Shown: in pieces, positions 36,881 to 51,390 of the stretch
Position numbering within the stretch: the stretch's first letter is position 1
How the letters are laid out: the number at the start of each line of letters is the position of its first letter
NCBI RefSeq assembly: GCF_003334255.1
Contig: NZ_QOWU01000014.1
DNA: 64,000 nt
Reading direction: 5' to 3' (one strand)
Source: Escherichia coli
GTDB lineage: Bacteria > Pseudomonadota > Gammaproteobacteria > Enterobacterales > Enterobacteriaceae
Made by a program: the position numbers and the translations under genes
The notes under the pieces: generated by a model
What the model saw: only the letters and a program-made list of their open reading frames with translations
Databases searched by the model: none
What the model was told of the DNA's origin: nothing

Positions 36881-38272
36881 TTACTGTTTTTCTGGTGGGA
36901 AAATCAGATTCAGCACGATGGCAGTAATACCGCCCGCGGCGATCCCGGAGGAGAGCAGGTTTTTCAGCCATTCAGGGGCAAACTGCAAAATCAGCGGCTG
37001 CTGAGACACGCCCAGACCAACCGCCAGCGACAGCGCGATAATCAGAATCGCCCGACGGTTCAGCGGCTCACGAGAAACGATACGCACACCGGAGGCGGCG
37101 ATGGTGCCAAACATTACAAGCGTTGCGCCGCCCAGAACCGGTTCTGGAATGTGTTGTACAAAACCGCTCACTGCCGGGAACAGACCCAGCACGATCAACA
37201 TCAGCGCGACGACAAAACCGACATAGCGGCTGGCAACACCAGTCAACTGGATCACTCCGTTGTTTTGCCCGAAGCAGGAGTTCGGGAAGGTGTTAAACAC
37301 CGCCGAAACAAACGAGTTCAGGCCGTTTGCCAGCACGCCGCCTTTCAGGCGTTTCATGTACAGCGGACCGGACACTGGCTGTTCGGAAACGTCAGAGGTC
37401 GCCGTGATATCGCCAATGGTTTCCAGCGAAGTGATCATAAAGACCAGCATCAGCGGCAGCAGCAGACTCCATTCAATGCCAAGACCGTAATAGAGCGGCG
37501 TTGGCACCATAATCAGTTCTTGCGTCATAGGTTCGTTGCTTTCTGGCAACATGCCCATAAACCACGCCAGCGCATATCCGGCCGCCATCGCAATTACCAG
37601 TGAGGCCACGCGTAAGTAAGGGTTACGTTGACGGTTAAGCAGGATAATTAAGGCTAAGACCACGCCTGCCAGCAGCAGATTTTTCGGTGCGCCGAAGGTG
37701 TTATCGCTCATGGCTGCGTAACCGCCGCCAATGGACGTTAACCCAACCTGAATTAGCGACAGGCCGATAATCATCACCACAACGCCAGAAACCAGCGGCG
37801 TAATAATGCGGCGCGCCAGATGCAGAACGCGGGAGATCACCATCTCGGTGCAACTTGCCAGCATCAACGTGCCGAACAAAGCCGCCATCATGGTAGGAAC
37901 ATCAGCACCACCGGTTTTCAGCGCGGTACCGCCCATAATCAGCGGGGCAACAAAGTTGAAGCTGGTGCCCTGAATAGACAACAGCCCGGAGCCAACCGGA
38001 CCCCAGGCCTTAATTTGAATAATCGATGCCACACCGGAGGCAAACAGCGACATACTAATAATGTGTTGCGTGTCTTGTGCCGGTAAACCCAGCGCCTGGC
38101 AGATTAATAGCGCTGGCGTGATCACCGCAACGAACATCGCCAGCAGATGCTGACAGGCGGCAAACAGGGTTTGAGGAAGCGGCGGACGATCTTCAAGACG
38201 GTAAATCAGTTCGCTGTTTTGAGTCTGCGCAACCGGTTGCGCATTTTCTGACTCGAGGGTGGAAACAGACAT
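36881..38272 (-). CDS. xanP: Xanthine permease (NCS2)
   Basis: ORF 36881..38281 minus; NCS2 transporter. Start at [16 protein letters not shown]. Confidence 0.85.
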
Positions 38273-38551
38273 CGAAAACAATCCCGTGGTAGCAAAGCGG
38301 GCATTTTAGCTGACCGAAAGAGAAAAGCAAACGTTTGCCACATCCTCATCTAAATATTTAAATGAGATAAATGCACTTTTTTATATAACTTTTGGTATTT
38401 TTCTGCTTAAAATCCATGCCATTTGTTCATTAACAGCTGAGAATTTGACCCAGGAAAGCATAACTCGATACCCGTCATAGTTCATGAAGTTGCCACTGCG
38501 CGATGAAGTATGACGAGTATGAAAGAGTGATGCGGATACAAAGGAGTAACT

Positions 38552-39757
38552 ATGTTTCATCTCGATACTTTAGCAACGCTTGTTGCCGCAACGCTGACGT
38601 TGCTGCTCGGGCGTAAGTTGGTCCATTCCGTCTCCTTTTTGAAGAAATACACCATACCGGAACCTGTTGCGGGTGGTTTGTTGGTGGCGCTGGCGCTACT
38701 AGTACTGAAAAAAAGCATGGGCTGGGAAGTCAACTTTGATATGTCCCTGCGCGATCCGTTAATGCTGGCTTTCTTCGCCACCATTGGCCTGAACGCCAAC
38801 ATTGCCAGTTTGCGTGCCGGTGGGCGTGTGGTTGGCATCTTCTTGATTGTGGTTGTTGGTCTGTTGGTGATGCAAAATGCCATTGGCATTGGTATGGCTA
38901 GCTTGTTAGGGCTTGATCCGCTGATGGGGCTGTTGGCCGGTTCTATTACGCTTTCCGGCGGTCACGGTACGGGCGCTGCGTGGAGTAAATTGTTCATTGA
39001 ACGTTATGGCTTCACCAATGCGACGGAAGTGGCGATGGCCTGTGCAACGTTCGGTCTGGTGCTGGGCGGCTTGATTGGCGGTCCGGTGGCGCGCTATCTG
39101 GTGAAACACTCCACCACGCCGAACGGTATTCCGGATGACCAGGAAGTCCCGACGGCGTTTGAAAAGCCGGATGTGGGACGCATGATCACCTCGTTGGTGC
39201 TGATTGAAACTATCGCGCTGATTGCTATCTGCCTGACGGTGGGGAAAATTGTTGCGCAACTTTTGGCTGGCACTGCTTTTGAACTGCCGACCTTCGTCTG
39301 TGTACTGTTTGTTGGCGTGATTCTGAGCAACGGTCTGTCAATAATGGGCTTTTACCGCGTCTTTGAGCGTGCGGTATCCGTGCTGGGTAACGTAAGCTTG
39401 TCGTTGTTCCTGGCGATGGCGTTGATGGGGCTGAAACTGTGGGAGCTGGCTTCGCTGGCGCTGCCGATGCTGGCGATTCTGGTGGTACAGACCATCTTCA
39501 TGGCGTTGTATGCCATCTTCGTTACCTGGCGCATGATGGGCAAAAACTACGATGCGGCAGTGCTGGCTGCGGGTCACTGTGGTTTTGGCCTCGGTGCAAC
39601 GCCAACGGCAATCGCCAACATGCAGGCGATCACTGAACGCTTTGGCCCGTCGCACATGGCGTTTTTGGTGGTGCCGATGGTCGGTGCGTTCTTTATCGAT
39701 ATCGTCAATGCGCTGGTAATTAAGTTGTATTTGATGTTGCCGATTTTTGCCGGTTAA
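38552..39757 (+). CDS. gltS: Sodium/glutamate symporter GltS
   Basis: 401-aa ORF. Confidence 0.9.
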   Translation: MFHLDTLATLVAATLTLLLGRKLVHSVSFLKKYTIPEPVAGGLLVALALLVLKKSMGWEVNFDMSLRDPLMLAFFATIGLNANIASLRAGGRVVGIFLIVVVGLLVMQNAIGIGMASLLGLDPLMGLLAGSITLSGGHGTGAAWSKLFIERYGFTNATEVAMACATFGLVLGGLIGGPVARYLVKHSTTPNGIPDDQEVPTAFEKPDVGRMITSLVLIETIALIAICLTVGKIVAQLLAGTAFELPTFVCVLFVGVILSNGLSIMGFYRVFERAVSVLGNVSLSLFLAMALMGLKLWELASLALPMLAILVVQTIFMALYAIFVTWRMMGKNYDAAVLAAGHCGFGLGATPTAIANMQAITERFGPSHMAFLVVPMVGAFFIDIVNALVIKLYLMLPIFAG

Positions 39758-39800
39758 CCGATGAAGCGGCGGTAGAAGTGCCGCCGCAACAAAGACAAAT

Positions 39801-39829
39801 GCCTGATACGCTTCGCTTATCAAGCCTGC
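39801..39829. repeat. Degenerate REP-like element
   Basis: gcctgatacgcttcgcttatcaagcctgc in the gltS-recG intergenic. Confidence 0.4.
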
Positions 39830-39925
39830 GTATTGATTCATAATTTATTGAATTTGTAGGGTGATGAATCGCATCCGGCAGGAAGGTAGGGTAACCTGAA
39901 ATGGCGGTCTTCTCACTGCCGCCTT

Positions 39926-42007
39926 TTACGCATTCGAGTAACGTTCCGTCTCCGGCATCCAGCGTTCTATCAGGGCTTTTGCCTGTTGTGGGTAACGTTC
40001 GTGAATATGGCGTGCCAGGCGCTGAACTTCCGGGATCATCGCCTGATCGCGCAGTAAATCCGCCACTTTAAATTCAGCATTACCCGTCTGACGCGTGCCT
40101 AACAATTCGCCAGGGCCGCGAATCTCCAGATCTTTTTGCGCAATCACAAAACCGTCGTTACTGTCGCGCAGCACTTGCAGGCGAATTTGCGCCGTTTTAG
40201 AAAGCGGCGTTTTGTAGAGCAGCACGCAGTGAGAAGCCACCGCGCCACGACCTACGCGCCCGCGCAGCTGGTGTAACTGCGCCAGACCCAGACGCTCCGG
40301 GTTTTCGATAATCATCAGACTGGCGTTAGGCACATCAACGCCGACTTCAATAACGGTTGTGGCAACCAGCAGGTGTAGCTCACCTTGTTTAAACGACGCC
40401 ATCACCGCCTGTTTCTCGGCAGGTTTCATCCGCCCGTGTACCAGGCCAACGTTCAACTCTGGTAGCGCCAGTTTCAACTCTTCCCAGGTAGCTTCCGCCG
40501 CCTGCGCTTCCAGCAATTCCGACTCTTCAATCAACGTACAAACCCAGTATGCCTGACGACCTTCAGTTATGCAGGCGTGGTGCACGCGGTCAATGATGTC
40601 GGTACGGCGGGTATCAGGAATAGCGACCGTAGTCACTGGCGTGCGGCCTGGCGGCAGCTCATCTATCACCGAGGTATCGAGATCGGCATACGCAGTCATT
40701 GCCAGCGTGCGGGGGATCGGCGTGGCGGTCATGATCAACTGATGCGGATGGAAGCCCTGCTGCTGGCCTTTCTCCCACAATGCCAGACGCTGATGCACGC
40801 CAAAACGATGCTGTTCGTCGATAATCACCAGCGCCAGGCCGTTAAACTGCACCTGTTCCTGGAAGATGGCGTGTGTACCGACAATCATCTGCACCTGACC
40901 GCTGGCGATGGCTTCCTGCTGTGCCAGCCGTGCTTTACCTTTCTGCTTACCGGCGAGCCAGCCCACTTCGATACCGAGCGGTGCAAACCAGTTGCGGAAG
41001 TTATTGGCGTGCTGCTCGGCGAGTAATTCGGTTGGTGCCATCAATGCTACCTGTTTGCCGTGGGCAATCGCACGCAACGCGGCGAGGGCGGCGACCAGCG
41101 TTTTACCGGAACCTACATCGCCCTGCACCAGACGCATCATCGGCACATCCAGCGCCATATCGCGCTCGATCTCCGCCACTACGCGTGCCTGTGCGCCCGT
41201 TGGCTTGAACGGTAAGGCGGCGAGGAGTTTATTTTTCAGCGTGTCATTGGCGCTCAGCGGCTGGGCATGAAAACGCTGTGCTCCGGCACGTAAGGCTAAC
41301 ATGCTGAGGTTGTGCGCCAGCAGTTCTTCCAGAATCAGACGACGTTGCGCCGGATGCTGCCCGGTTTCCAGATCGCTAAGCTGTAGCGTCGGTGGCGGGC
41401 GGTGCAAAGTGCGCAACGCTTCCGGTAGCGTCATCATTCCTTGTGACAGTTCCGGCGGCAGGAGTTCTTCAATGGCGCAGGTGTCGAGCAGATCCAGCGC
41501 CTGGTCGGTTAATTTACGCAGCGTGGCCTGCTTTACGCCTTCCGTTGTTGGATAAACCGGCGTGAGCGTTTCCTGTAATTCTGGCGTGCTGAGATCGCCC
41601 TGCACGCGGTATTCCGGGTGGATCATCTCCGCACCATATTTACCGCGCTTTGCTTCGCCATAAGCCAGTACACGGCGGCCCGCCGCCAGGCTATTTTTCA
41701 TTGCCGCGCTGAAATTGAAAAAGCGCATGGTGAGGATGCCGGAACCGTCGCTGATCTGGCAGGTCATCATCCGCCGACCGCCGAAGGAGATATTGCAGTT
41801 CAGCACTTCGCCTTCCACCGTGGCATAAACGCCCGGCAGTAGTTCTCCGATGGGGTAGAGATGGGTGCGATCTTCGTAGCGCAGGGGAAGGTGTAAGAGT
41901 AGATCCTGCACGGTATGCAGGTTGATTTTCGCCAGTTTGTTACTAAGTGCTGCGCCAACGCCCGTTAGGGAACTGAGTGGGACAGCATCTAACAGGCGAC
42001 CTTTCAT
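39926..42007 (-). CDS. recG: ATP-dependent DNA helicase RecG
   Basis: ORF 39926..42040 minus; Walker A GDVGSGKT, DEQH box. Start at MKGRLLDAVPLSSLTGVG. Confidence 0.9.
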   Translation of the reverse strand: MKGRLLDAVPLSSLTGVGAALSNKLAKINLHTVQDLLLHLPLRYEDRTHLYPIGELLPGVYATVEGEVLNCNISFGGRRMMTCQISDGSGILTMRFFNFSAAMKNSLAAGRRVLAYGEAKRGKYGAEMIHPEYRVQGDLSTPELQETLTPVYPTTEGVKQATLRKLTDQALDLLDTCAIEELLPPELSQGMMTLPEALRTLHRPPPTLQLSDLETGQHPAQRRLILEELLAHNLSMLALRAGAQRFHAQPLSANDTLKNKLLAALPFKPTGAQARVVAEIERDMALDVPMMRLVQGDVGSGKTLVAALAALRAIAHGKQVALMAPTELLAEQHANNFRNWFAPLGIEVGWLAGKQKGKARLAQQEAIASGQVQMIVGTHAIFQEQVQFNGLALVIIDEQHRFGVHQRLALWEKGQQQGFHPHQLIMTATPIPRTLAMTAYADLDTSVIDELPPGRTPVTTVAIPDTRRTDIIDRVHHACITEGRQAYWVCTLIEESELLEAQAAEATWEELKLALPELNVGLVHGRMKPAEKQAVMASFKQGELHLLVATTVIEVGVDVPNASLMIIENPERLGLAQLHQLRGRVGRGAVASHCVLLYKTPLSKTAQIRLQVLRDSNDGFVIAQKDLEIRGPGELLGTRQTGNAEFKVADLLRDQAMIPEVQRLARHIHERYPQQAKALIERWMPETERYSNA

Positions 42008-42012
42008 GGCAC

Positions 42013-42702
42013 TTACCCTGCAGCCTGCATAGTAGCCCACCAGTCGGCATCAGCTTCGATCTCGCCTTGCTGATTGACGTGGGGATAAGGCAGGCCTTTG
42101 CGTTTTGCGACTTTCGCCAGCACCGGATAGCCGCCTTCAAACAACAGGCGTTGTTGCTCTGCTTCCGGCAACATGCTGTTTTCACGCAGGTACATGCCTG
42201 CATTTTGCCGCTGACGCTGGGCTTCGTAAAGAATGAGGGCTGAGGCAACGGAAACATTCAGCGACTGCACCATGCCGATCATCGGAATGATGATGTCCTG
42301 ATCCGCCAGGGCCAATGCTTCCTGCGTGATGCCCGTTTTCTCCTGTCCCATCAAAATGCAGGTCGGGCGAGTGTAATCAATTTCGCGGAAATCGACAGCG
42401 TTATCAGAAAGATGGGTTGCCAGAATCTGCATGCCCTGGCCTTTGAGATGAGCGACGGCATCGCCAATGGTGCGGTGTGTTTTCACCTGTACCCAGCTGT
42501 TACTACCCGCCGCTGCCGAAGCCATGGTGCGCATGCGGCTACCAGGCCAGACGGCGTGAACTTCATGTACGCCAACGGCATCTGCGGTACGAATAATCGC
42601 AGAAACGTTATGAGGTTTGTGGACCTGCTCCATGCAGACGGTCAGATCAGGCTGCCGCCTGGCGAGCATTTCGCAGATGCGTGCATAACGTGTTGGGTTC
42701 AT
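42013..42702 (-). CDS. trmH: tRNA (Gm18) 2'-O-methyltransferase TrmH (SpoU)
   Basis: 229-aa SPOUT methyltransferase ORF. Confidence 0.9.
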   Translation of the reverse strand: MNPTRYARICEMLARRQPDLTVCMEQVHKPHNVSAIIRTADAVGVHEVHAVWPGSRMRTMASAAAGSNSWVQVKTHRTIGDAVAHLKGQGMQILATHLSDNAVDFREIDYTRPTCILMGQEKTGITQEALALADQDIIIPMIGMVQSLNVSVASALILYEAQRQRQNAGMYLRENSMLPEAEQQRLLFEGGYPVLAKVAKRKGLPYPHVNQQGEIEADADWWATMQAAG

Positions 42703-42708
42703 AAAACA

Positions 42709-44817
42709 TTAATTTCGGTTTCGGGTGACTTTAATCACGTCTGGCATCACGCGGATTTTGCGCATGATATTCGCCAGATGCACACGGTCACGAGCGGTCA
42801 GACGAATAAAGGCGCTGTAGACGCGACCATCTTTCTCTTCCGTATTCAAACTTTGAATATTCGAAGTCGTGGTGTTAATTGCCGCCGTCAGGTTTGCCAG
42901 CGCACCCTGATGATTGAACATCTCCACCTTGATTTCGGTGATGAACTCCTGCGCCGTCTCTTTATCCCATTCCACAGCCATAAACTTCTCTGGCTCTTTC
43001 TGGTAGCCACGGATATTACGGCAGGATTCATGGTGGATCACCAGACCTTTACCGGGGCTGACGTGGGCGATAATCGGGTCGCCAGGAATAGGGCGGCAGC
43101 ATTTCGCAAAGGTGATCAGCACGCCATCGGCACCTTTAATGGGCAGATGTCCGTGGCTTTGGGTTGCCGGTGGAATGGAGGCGTCCCCATGTTGCAGATT
43201 TTTCGCGACCACCACGCTCATTGCGTTACCAAGTCCGATTTCTGCCAGCAGATCGTCAAGCGTTGCCAGCTTCATGCGATCCAGCTCGCGCTGAATATTT
43301 TCCTGCGGGATTTCATTCAGCTTACGGCTACCACCCAAAGCATGGTTGAGCAGACGACGGCCCAGGCTTACAGAATCATCACGCTTGAGGTTTTTCAGCA
43401 ACTGACGAATTTTGGCGCGCGCTTTCGAGCTAACGACAAAGTTCAGCCAAGCGGCATTCGGGCGAGCGCCCGGAGCGGTAATGATTTCAACGGTTTGACC
43501 GCTGGTAAGCGGCTGCGACAGCGGGTAAGGCTGGCGGTCAACGCGTGCGCCCACGCAGGCATGACCGATATCGGTATGCACTGCATAAGCGAAGTCGACG
43601 GGCGTTGCACCGGCAGGCAGCTCGACAATGCGCCCTTCCGGTGTGAAAACGTAAATCTCATCCGGGAAGAGATCGGATTTAACGCTCTCGATAAATTCAA
43701 ACGAACTACCGGCGCTCTGTTGCAGCTCCAGCAGGCTTTGCATCCAGCGCTGGGCGCGGATTTGTGCGGTAGTACTGGTTTCGCCGTGCTCTTTATAAGC
43801 CCAGTGCGCGGCAACACCCATCTCCGCCATCTGGTCCATATCTTCGGTACGGATCTGGACCTCAACCGGCACACCGTGCGGGCCGATCATCGAGGTGTGC
43901 AAAGACTGATAGCCGTTCGCTTTTGGAATGGCGATATAGTCTTTCACGCGGCCCGGACGCGGCTTGTACAGGCTGTGCATCTGGCCCAGCACGCGATAAC
44001 AGGTGTCAGAATCATTGACGATCACGCGGAAAGCGTAGATGTCCATGATCGAGTGAAAACGCTGCTCTTTGAGCACCATTTTGCAGTAAATCGAATAAAG
44101 ATGCTTCTCGCGACCACTGACGCGGCACGGTATTCCCGCTTCCTGCAAACGCCCTTCGATTTCAGAAAGAATCTTCTGGATCATCTCTTTACGGTTGCCG
44201 CGCGCGGCTTTCACCACTTCTTTGATTACGCGATAACGGTTGGGATACAGCGCCTCAAAACCCAGCTCTTCGAGTTCGGTTTTAATGTGGTGGATACCTA
44301 AACGGTGCGCCAGCGGGCTATAAATTTCGAGAGTTTCACGGGCGATGCGGCGACGTTTGTCCGGGCGAAGTGAGCCCAGCGTGCGCATGTTGTGGGTACG
44401 GTCGGCAAGTTTGATGAGGATGACGCGGATATCCTGCACCATCGCCATAATCATCTTGCGAAAGTTTTCGGCCTGCGCCTCTTTCTTATCGCGGAACTTG
44501 AGTTTATCAAGTTTCGACACCCCCTCTACCAGCTCGGCGACGCTTTTACCAAAAAGCTGTTCCATATCCTGGTAGGTGGCGGGAGTATCTTCAATCACGT
44601 CATGCAGCAGCGCCGCCATCAGCGTTTCATAGTCGAGTTTCATCTCGGCCAGAATGCAGGCAACCGCTACCGGGTGCGTGATATAGGGTTCACCGCTTGA
44701 ACGTGTTTGCCCCTCGTGAGCATCACGTGCAACGAGATACGCCTGCCGCAGACGCTTGATTTGGTCTTCCGGCAGGTAGGTTTGAATCAGTTGATTCAGG
44801 CTTTCAAACAGATACAA
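42709..44817 (-). CDS. spoT: Bifunctional (p)ppGpp synthetase/hydrolase SpoT
   Basis: 702 aa; HD domain, RelA/SpoT synthetase, TGS and ACT regions. Confidence 0.95.
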   Translation of the reverse strand: MYLFESLNQLIQTYLPEDQIKRLRQAYLVARDAHEGQTRSSGEPYITHPVAVACILAEMKLDYETLMAALLHDVIEDTPATYQDMEQLFGKSVAELVEGVSKLDKLKFRDKKEAQAENFRKMIMAMVQDIRVILIKLADRTHNMRTLGSLRPDKRRRIARETLEIYSPLAHRLGIHHIKTELEELGFEALYPNRYRVIKEVVKAARGNRKEMIQKILSEIEGRLQEAGIPCRVSGREKHLYSIYCKMVLKEQRFHSIMDIYAFRVIVNDSDTCYRVLGQMHSLYKPRPGRVKDYIAIPKANGYQSLHTSMIGPHGVPVEVQIRTEDMDQMAEMGVAAHWAYKEHGETSTTAQIRAQRWMQSLLELQQSAGSSFEFIESVKSDLFPDEIYVFTPEGRIVELPAGATPVDFAYAVHTDIGHACVGARVDRQPYPLSQPLTSGQTVEIITAPGARPNAAWLNFVVSSKARAKIRQLLKNLKRDDSVSLGRRLLNHALGGSRKLNEIPQENIQRELDRMKLATLDDLLAEIGLGNAMSVVVAKNLQHGDASIPPATQSHGHLPIKGADGVLITFAKCCRPIPGDPIIAHVSPGKGLVIHHESCRNIRGYQKEPEKFMAVEWDKETAQEFITEIKVEMFNHQGALANLTAAINTTTSNIQSLNTEEKDGRVYSAFIRLTARDRVHLANIMRKIRVMPDVIKVTRNRN

Positions 44818-44835
44818 GGGCGACCCGCTTTGTGA

Positions 44836-45111
44836 TTAACGACGACCTTCAGCAATAGCGGTAACGGCTTGTAATTCAGCGGCTTCCTGCTCTTGCTGTT
44901 CCTGGCGTTCGCGAACGTCGAGGATCTGGTTGTTGATCAGACCTTCTTCGATTTCGCGCAGCGCGATTACAGTGGTTTTATCGTTTTCTTCCGGTACCAG
45001 CGGATCCTTTCCGCCTACCTGCATCTGACGAGCGCGACGCGCGGCGACCAGTACCAGGTCAAAACGGTTACCAATTTTCTCTACAGCGTCCTGAACAGTT
45101 ACGCGTGCCAT
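44836..45111 (-). CDS. rpoZ: RNA polymerase omega subunit
   Basis: 91-aa [32 protein letters not shown]. Confidence 0.95.
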
Positions 45112-45165
45112 ACTTAAAAAGCTCCACAGGTGAAGAAATGACTGGGCATGATACTGAAATCAGGT

Positions 45166-48343
<3,178 letters not shown>

Positions 48344-48633
48344 GGTTCTCTCCCTAAAAATCTGTCTGGCAGGGTAGCGATTTGTGCGCATTGTCACGAT
48401 TGAGATTTTTTAAGGTGAGGGGAAATTGATAACTTGTAGTTATGTGAAATCGCTATTTTCTGTAGCAGAGATGCATTCTTCTGACTTCTTGTCTGAGAAA
48501 ATGCATAAGAAAAAATAGGTTAAAACTGAGGGGGGAAAAGAAAGGTGCAATATTTAGCCATTGTGTTCACTGCACCTGGACCTTGGCTTACGCATCGGGT
48601 GTCTCAATCAACAAAAAGAGTTTTTAGTTTCTG

Positions 48634-49458
48634 CTATTTCTTCTCTGTAATTTTTACACTGTTTTCCAACTGCTTGATGCTGACCTGCGGGGTCGGCAAC
48701 TCCTCAGGCATGGTTCCGCCAAGTTCCTGAATGGTTTGCCTCACCTTGCGACCCACGTCAAAGTGTGTGGTGTTTGCTTGCTGTTTTGAATTCACGCCAT
48801 CCCGCTTGAGTTTTTCTTCTGTTTGGGTAGCTCGAAAGAGATTAGCCGCCAGTTCTGTTGAACCCATATGATCCAGGATCTTCTGATTCTTTTTCAGCCC
48901 CTTCCGCTGATGAATAGCTTTCTGATCTAATCCACCATACAGCCCCCGGTAACCATGATTCTGAAATATGGCGAAATCGATAGCTGTCGCTCCCCCAGCT
49001 TGCTGCGCTGCCTCAACCAATTGTTTGTTATGTTCTTTCAATTCATTTCTCAGAAAAAGACGCTTTTCGTCTTCACGAAGTTGCCTGAAAGCTTCATCGT
49101 CAGCCAGCTCCTGCCGTCGGGTCTGGATAGCAAAATAAGTTTGCCCTGCCGCAATAACCGGTTTCGCAGGGTCGCCGTTTTGTACTACCAGGTAACAGGC
49201 ATAGCGGGAGAGATGAACATCTTCAAGTTCTCGTTGAGCCCCTGAACCTAATACAACCATTTTGGTGGTTTCAACGAAATGGTCAGATGCAGCTTGATTG
49301 CTGGCTTCGCACGCTTGAGTCGCGCGGGCCAGTACCTTTTGAAAATTGCGCCAGTCCCGATAATCCAGTAACGGTGCCAATTCTCTAGCTGACCAAAATT
49401 CTTGCCCTTCAGTGCCATAATGCCGTATTTCTTCAAAAGGTTGATGATGTTCGTTCAT
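48634..49458 (-). CDS. dinD: DNA-damage-inducible protein D
   Basis: ORF 48634..49470 minus; start at MNEHHQPFEEIRHYGTEGQEFW. LexA box lies upstream. Confidence 0.85.
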   Translation of the reverse strand: MNEHHQPFEEIRHYGTEGQEFWSARELAPLLDYRDWRNFQKVLARATQACEASNQAASDHFVETTKMVVLGSGAQRELEDVHLSRYACYLVVQNGDPAKPVIAAGQTYFAIQTRRQELADDEAFRQLREDEKRLFLRNELKEHNKQLVEAAQQAGGATAIDFAIFQNHGYRGLYGGLDQKAIHQRKGLKKNQKILDHMGSTELAANLFRATQTEEKLKRDGVNSKQQANTTHFDVGRKVRQTIQELGGTMPEELPTPQVSIKQLENSVKITEKK

Positions 49459-49501
49459 TGCCCACTCCATGTGATATCGATTGCAAAGAAAGTAAATCTG
49501 T

Positions 49502-49521
49502 AACTGTATTTATATACAGTT
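49502..49521. promoter_or_regulatory. LexA (SOS) box of dinD
   Basis: AACTGTATTTATATACAGTT, a perfect CTGT-N8-ACAG about 45 bp upstream of the dinD start. Confidence 0.75.
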
Positions 49522-49678
49522 GTGAGTATCTCACGTTCTCAGTGTGCTGGGCAAAAAAACATCGCAAAATCTGGAGCAGGCACGCAAAACAGAATTGAAG
49601 TTGCGGGGAAGAAAAATGCCGCTCTGTTTGAGTGGGCGGCATTTGTGAAGGCTGAAAAGTAAGAATTAGTGTTACGAG

Positions 49679-50542
49679 TTACTCAATATTCTGAATCTGC
49701 TCGCGCATCTGCTCAATCAACACTTTCAGCTCGATGGCGGAGTTTGTCACTTCGGCATTGATAGATTTCGACGCAAGAGTGTTCGACTCGCGGTTGAATT
49801 CCTGCATCATAAAGTCCAGACGACGACCAACGGCTTCTTTTTTCTTCAGAATGTTGTAGGTCTCTTTGACATGCGCTTCCAGGCGGTCCAGTTCTTCGGC
49901 AACGTCAATTCGTTGTGCCAGCAGAACCAACTCCTGCTCCAGACGGTTGTTTTCCAACTGAACCTGAGCATCTTCCAGCTTCGCGACCAGACGCTCACGC
50001 TGCCATTGCAGGATTTCCGGCATATGGGCGCGGACTTTGACCACTTCGGCGGTGACGCCTTCCAGACGCTGCTCGATCAATGCTTTCAGTGCCTGACCTT
50101 CGGTTTCGCGCGCGACAATAAAGTCGTCCAGCGTACCATCCAGCGCCGCGAGAATTTCAGCGGCAATGGCGTCGAGATCCTGCTCCTGGGCTGCCATCAC
50201 GCCCGGCCAGCGCAGAATATCAACCGGGTTGATTTCCCCTTCGTCACTCTGCATTTTTACCCAGTTCGCGGCAGTTACCAGCTGTTTAGCCAGTTTTTCA
50301 TTGAGGATCAGCTCACCTTGTGCGCTAACATCTGGCTCATAGCGCAGGGTACATTCCACTTTACCGCGCGTCAGGCGAGAACGAATACGCTCGCGAACGA
50401 CAGGTTCAAGGCTACGGAACTGCTCCGGCAGACGAAAGTAAGTTTCCAGATAACGCTGGTTTACCGAGCGCATTTCCCAGGTTGCGCTCCCCCATTCACC
50501 CTTGATTTCACGCCGGGCGTAGGCGGTCATACTGCGGATCAT
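49679..50542 (-). CDS. yicC: YicC-family protein (UPF0701; reported endoribonuclease family)
   Basis: 287-aa ORF MIRSMTAYARREIKGEWGSATWEMRSVNQRYLE. Confidence 0.85.
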   Translation of the reverse strand: MIRSMTAYARREIKGEWGSATWEMRSVNQRYLETYFRLPEQFRSLEPVVRERIRSRLTRGKVECTLRYEPDVSAQGELILNEKLAKQLVTAANWVKMQSDEGEINPVDILRWPGVMAAQEQDLDAIAAEILAALDGTLDDFIVARETEGQALKALIEQRLEGVTAEVVKVRAHMPEILQWQRERLVAKLEDAQVQLENNRLEQELVLLAQRIDVAEELDRLEAHVKETYNILKKKEAVGRRLDFMMQEFNRESNTLASKSINAEVTNSAIELKVLIEQMREQIQNIE

Positions 50543-50668
50543 AGACGTTCCTGTTTATAAAAGGAGAGGTGGAAGGATTATAGCCATCGATGCCTTGTCA
50601 GGATAGGAATAACCGCCGGAAGTCCGTATAATGCGCAGCCACATTTGTTTCAAGCCGGAGATTTCAAT

Positions 50669-51385
50669 ATGCGTCCAGCAGGCCGTAGCAATAATCAGGT
50701 GCGTCCCGTTACCCTGACTCGTAACTATACAAAACATGCAGAAGGCTCGGTGCTGGTCGAATTTGGCGATACCAAAGTGTTGTGTACCGCCTCTATTGAA
50801 GAAGGCGTGCCGCGCTTCCTGAAAGGTCAGGACCAGGGCTGGATCACCGCAGAGTACGGCATGCTGCCACGTTCTACCCACACCCGTAACGCTCGTGAAG
50901 CGGCGAAAGGTAAGCAGGGTGGACGCACAATGGAAATCCAGCGTCTGATCGCCCGTGCTCTTCGCGCGGCAGTAGATTTGAAAGCGCTGGGTGAGTTCAC
51001 CATTACGCTGGACTGCGACGTGCTTCAGGCTGATGGTGGCACGCGTACCGCGTCGATTACGGGTGCCTGCGTGGCGCTGGCAGATGCGCTACAGAAGCTG
51101 GTGGAAAACGGCAAGCTGAAAACCAACCCGATGAAAGGGATGGTAGCCGCAGTTTCTGTCGGTATTGTAAACGGTGAAGCAATTTGCGATCTGGAATACG
51201 TTGAAGACTCAGCCGCAGAGACCGACATGAACGTAGTGATGACCGAAGACGGGCGCATCATTGAAGTGCAGGGGACGGCAGAAGGCGAGCCGTTCACCCA
51301 TGAAGAGCTACTCACCTTGTTGGCGCTGGCCCGAGGGGGAATCGAATCCATTGTAGCGACGCAGAAGGCGGCGCTGGCAAACTGA
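50669..51385 (+). CDS. rph: Ribonuclease PH, full length
   Basis: ORF 50645..51385; start at [17 protein letters not shown]-terminus …[20 protein letters not shown] is complete. Confidence 0.9.
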   Translation: MRPAGRSNNQVRPVTLTRNYTKHAEGSVLVEFGDTKVLCTASIEEGVPRFLKGQDQGWITAEYGMLPRSTHTRNAREAAKGKQGGRTMEIQRLIARALRAAVDLKALGEFTITLDCDVLQADGGTRTASITGACVALADALQKLVENGKLKTNPMKGMVAAVSVGIVNGEAICDLEYVEDSAAETDMNVVMTEDGRIIEVQGTAEGEPFTHEELLTLLALARGGIESIVATQKAALAN

Positions 51386-51390
51386 TTTTT

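Noticed and set aside
42412-44301. 629-codon stop-free ORF on the plus strand, antisense to spoT and the trmH 5' end
   Set aside because: It lies entirely opposite a conserved essential gene. Its predicted product is Arg/His/Cys-rich, low-complexity and has no recognisable domain or RBS. A long shadow frame opposite a codon-biased gene is the likeliest explanation.
48545-48730. 61-codon ORF with a non-ATG start in the yicG-dinD intergenic, overlapping the dinD 3' end
   Set aside because: Alternative start, overlaps the convergent dinD terminus, and the hydrophobic low-complexity product has no support; treated as spurious.
49871-50560. 229-codon ORF antisense to yicC
   Set aside because: Shadow ORF of a well-supported gene; the alternative-start translation has no recognisable features.
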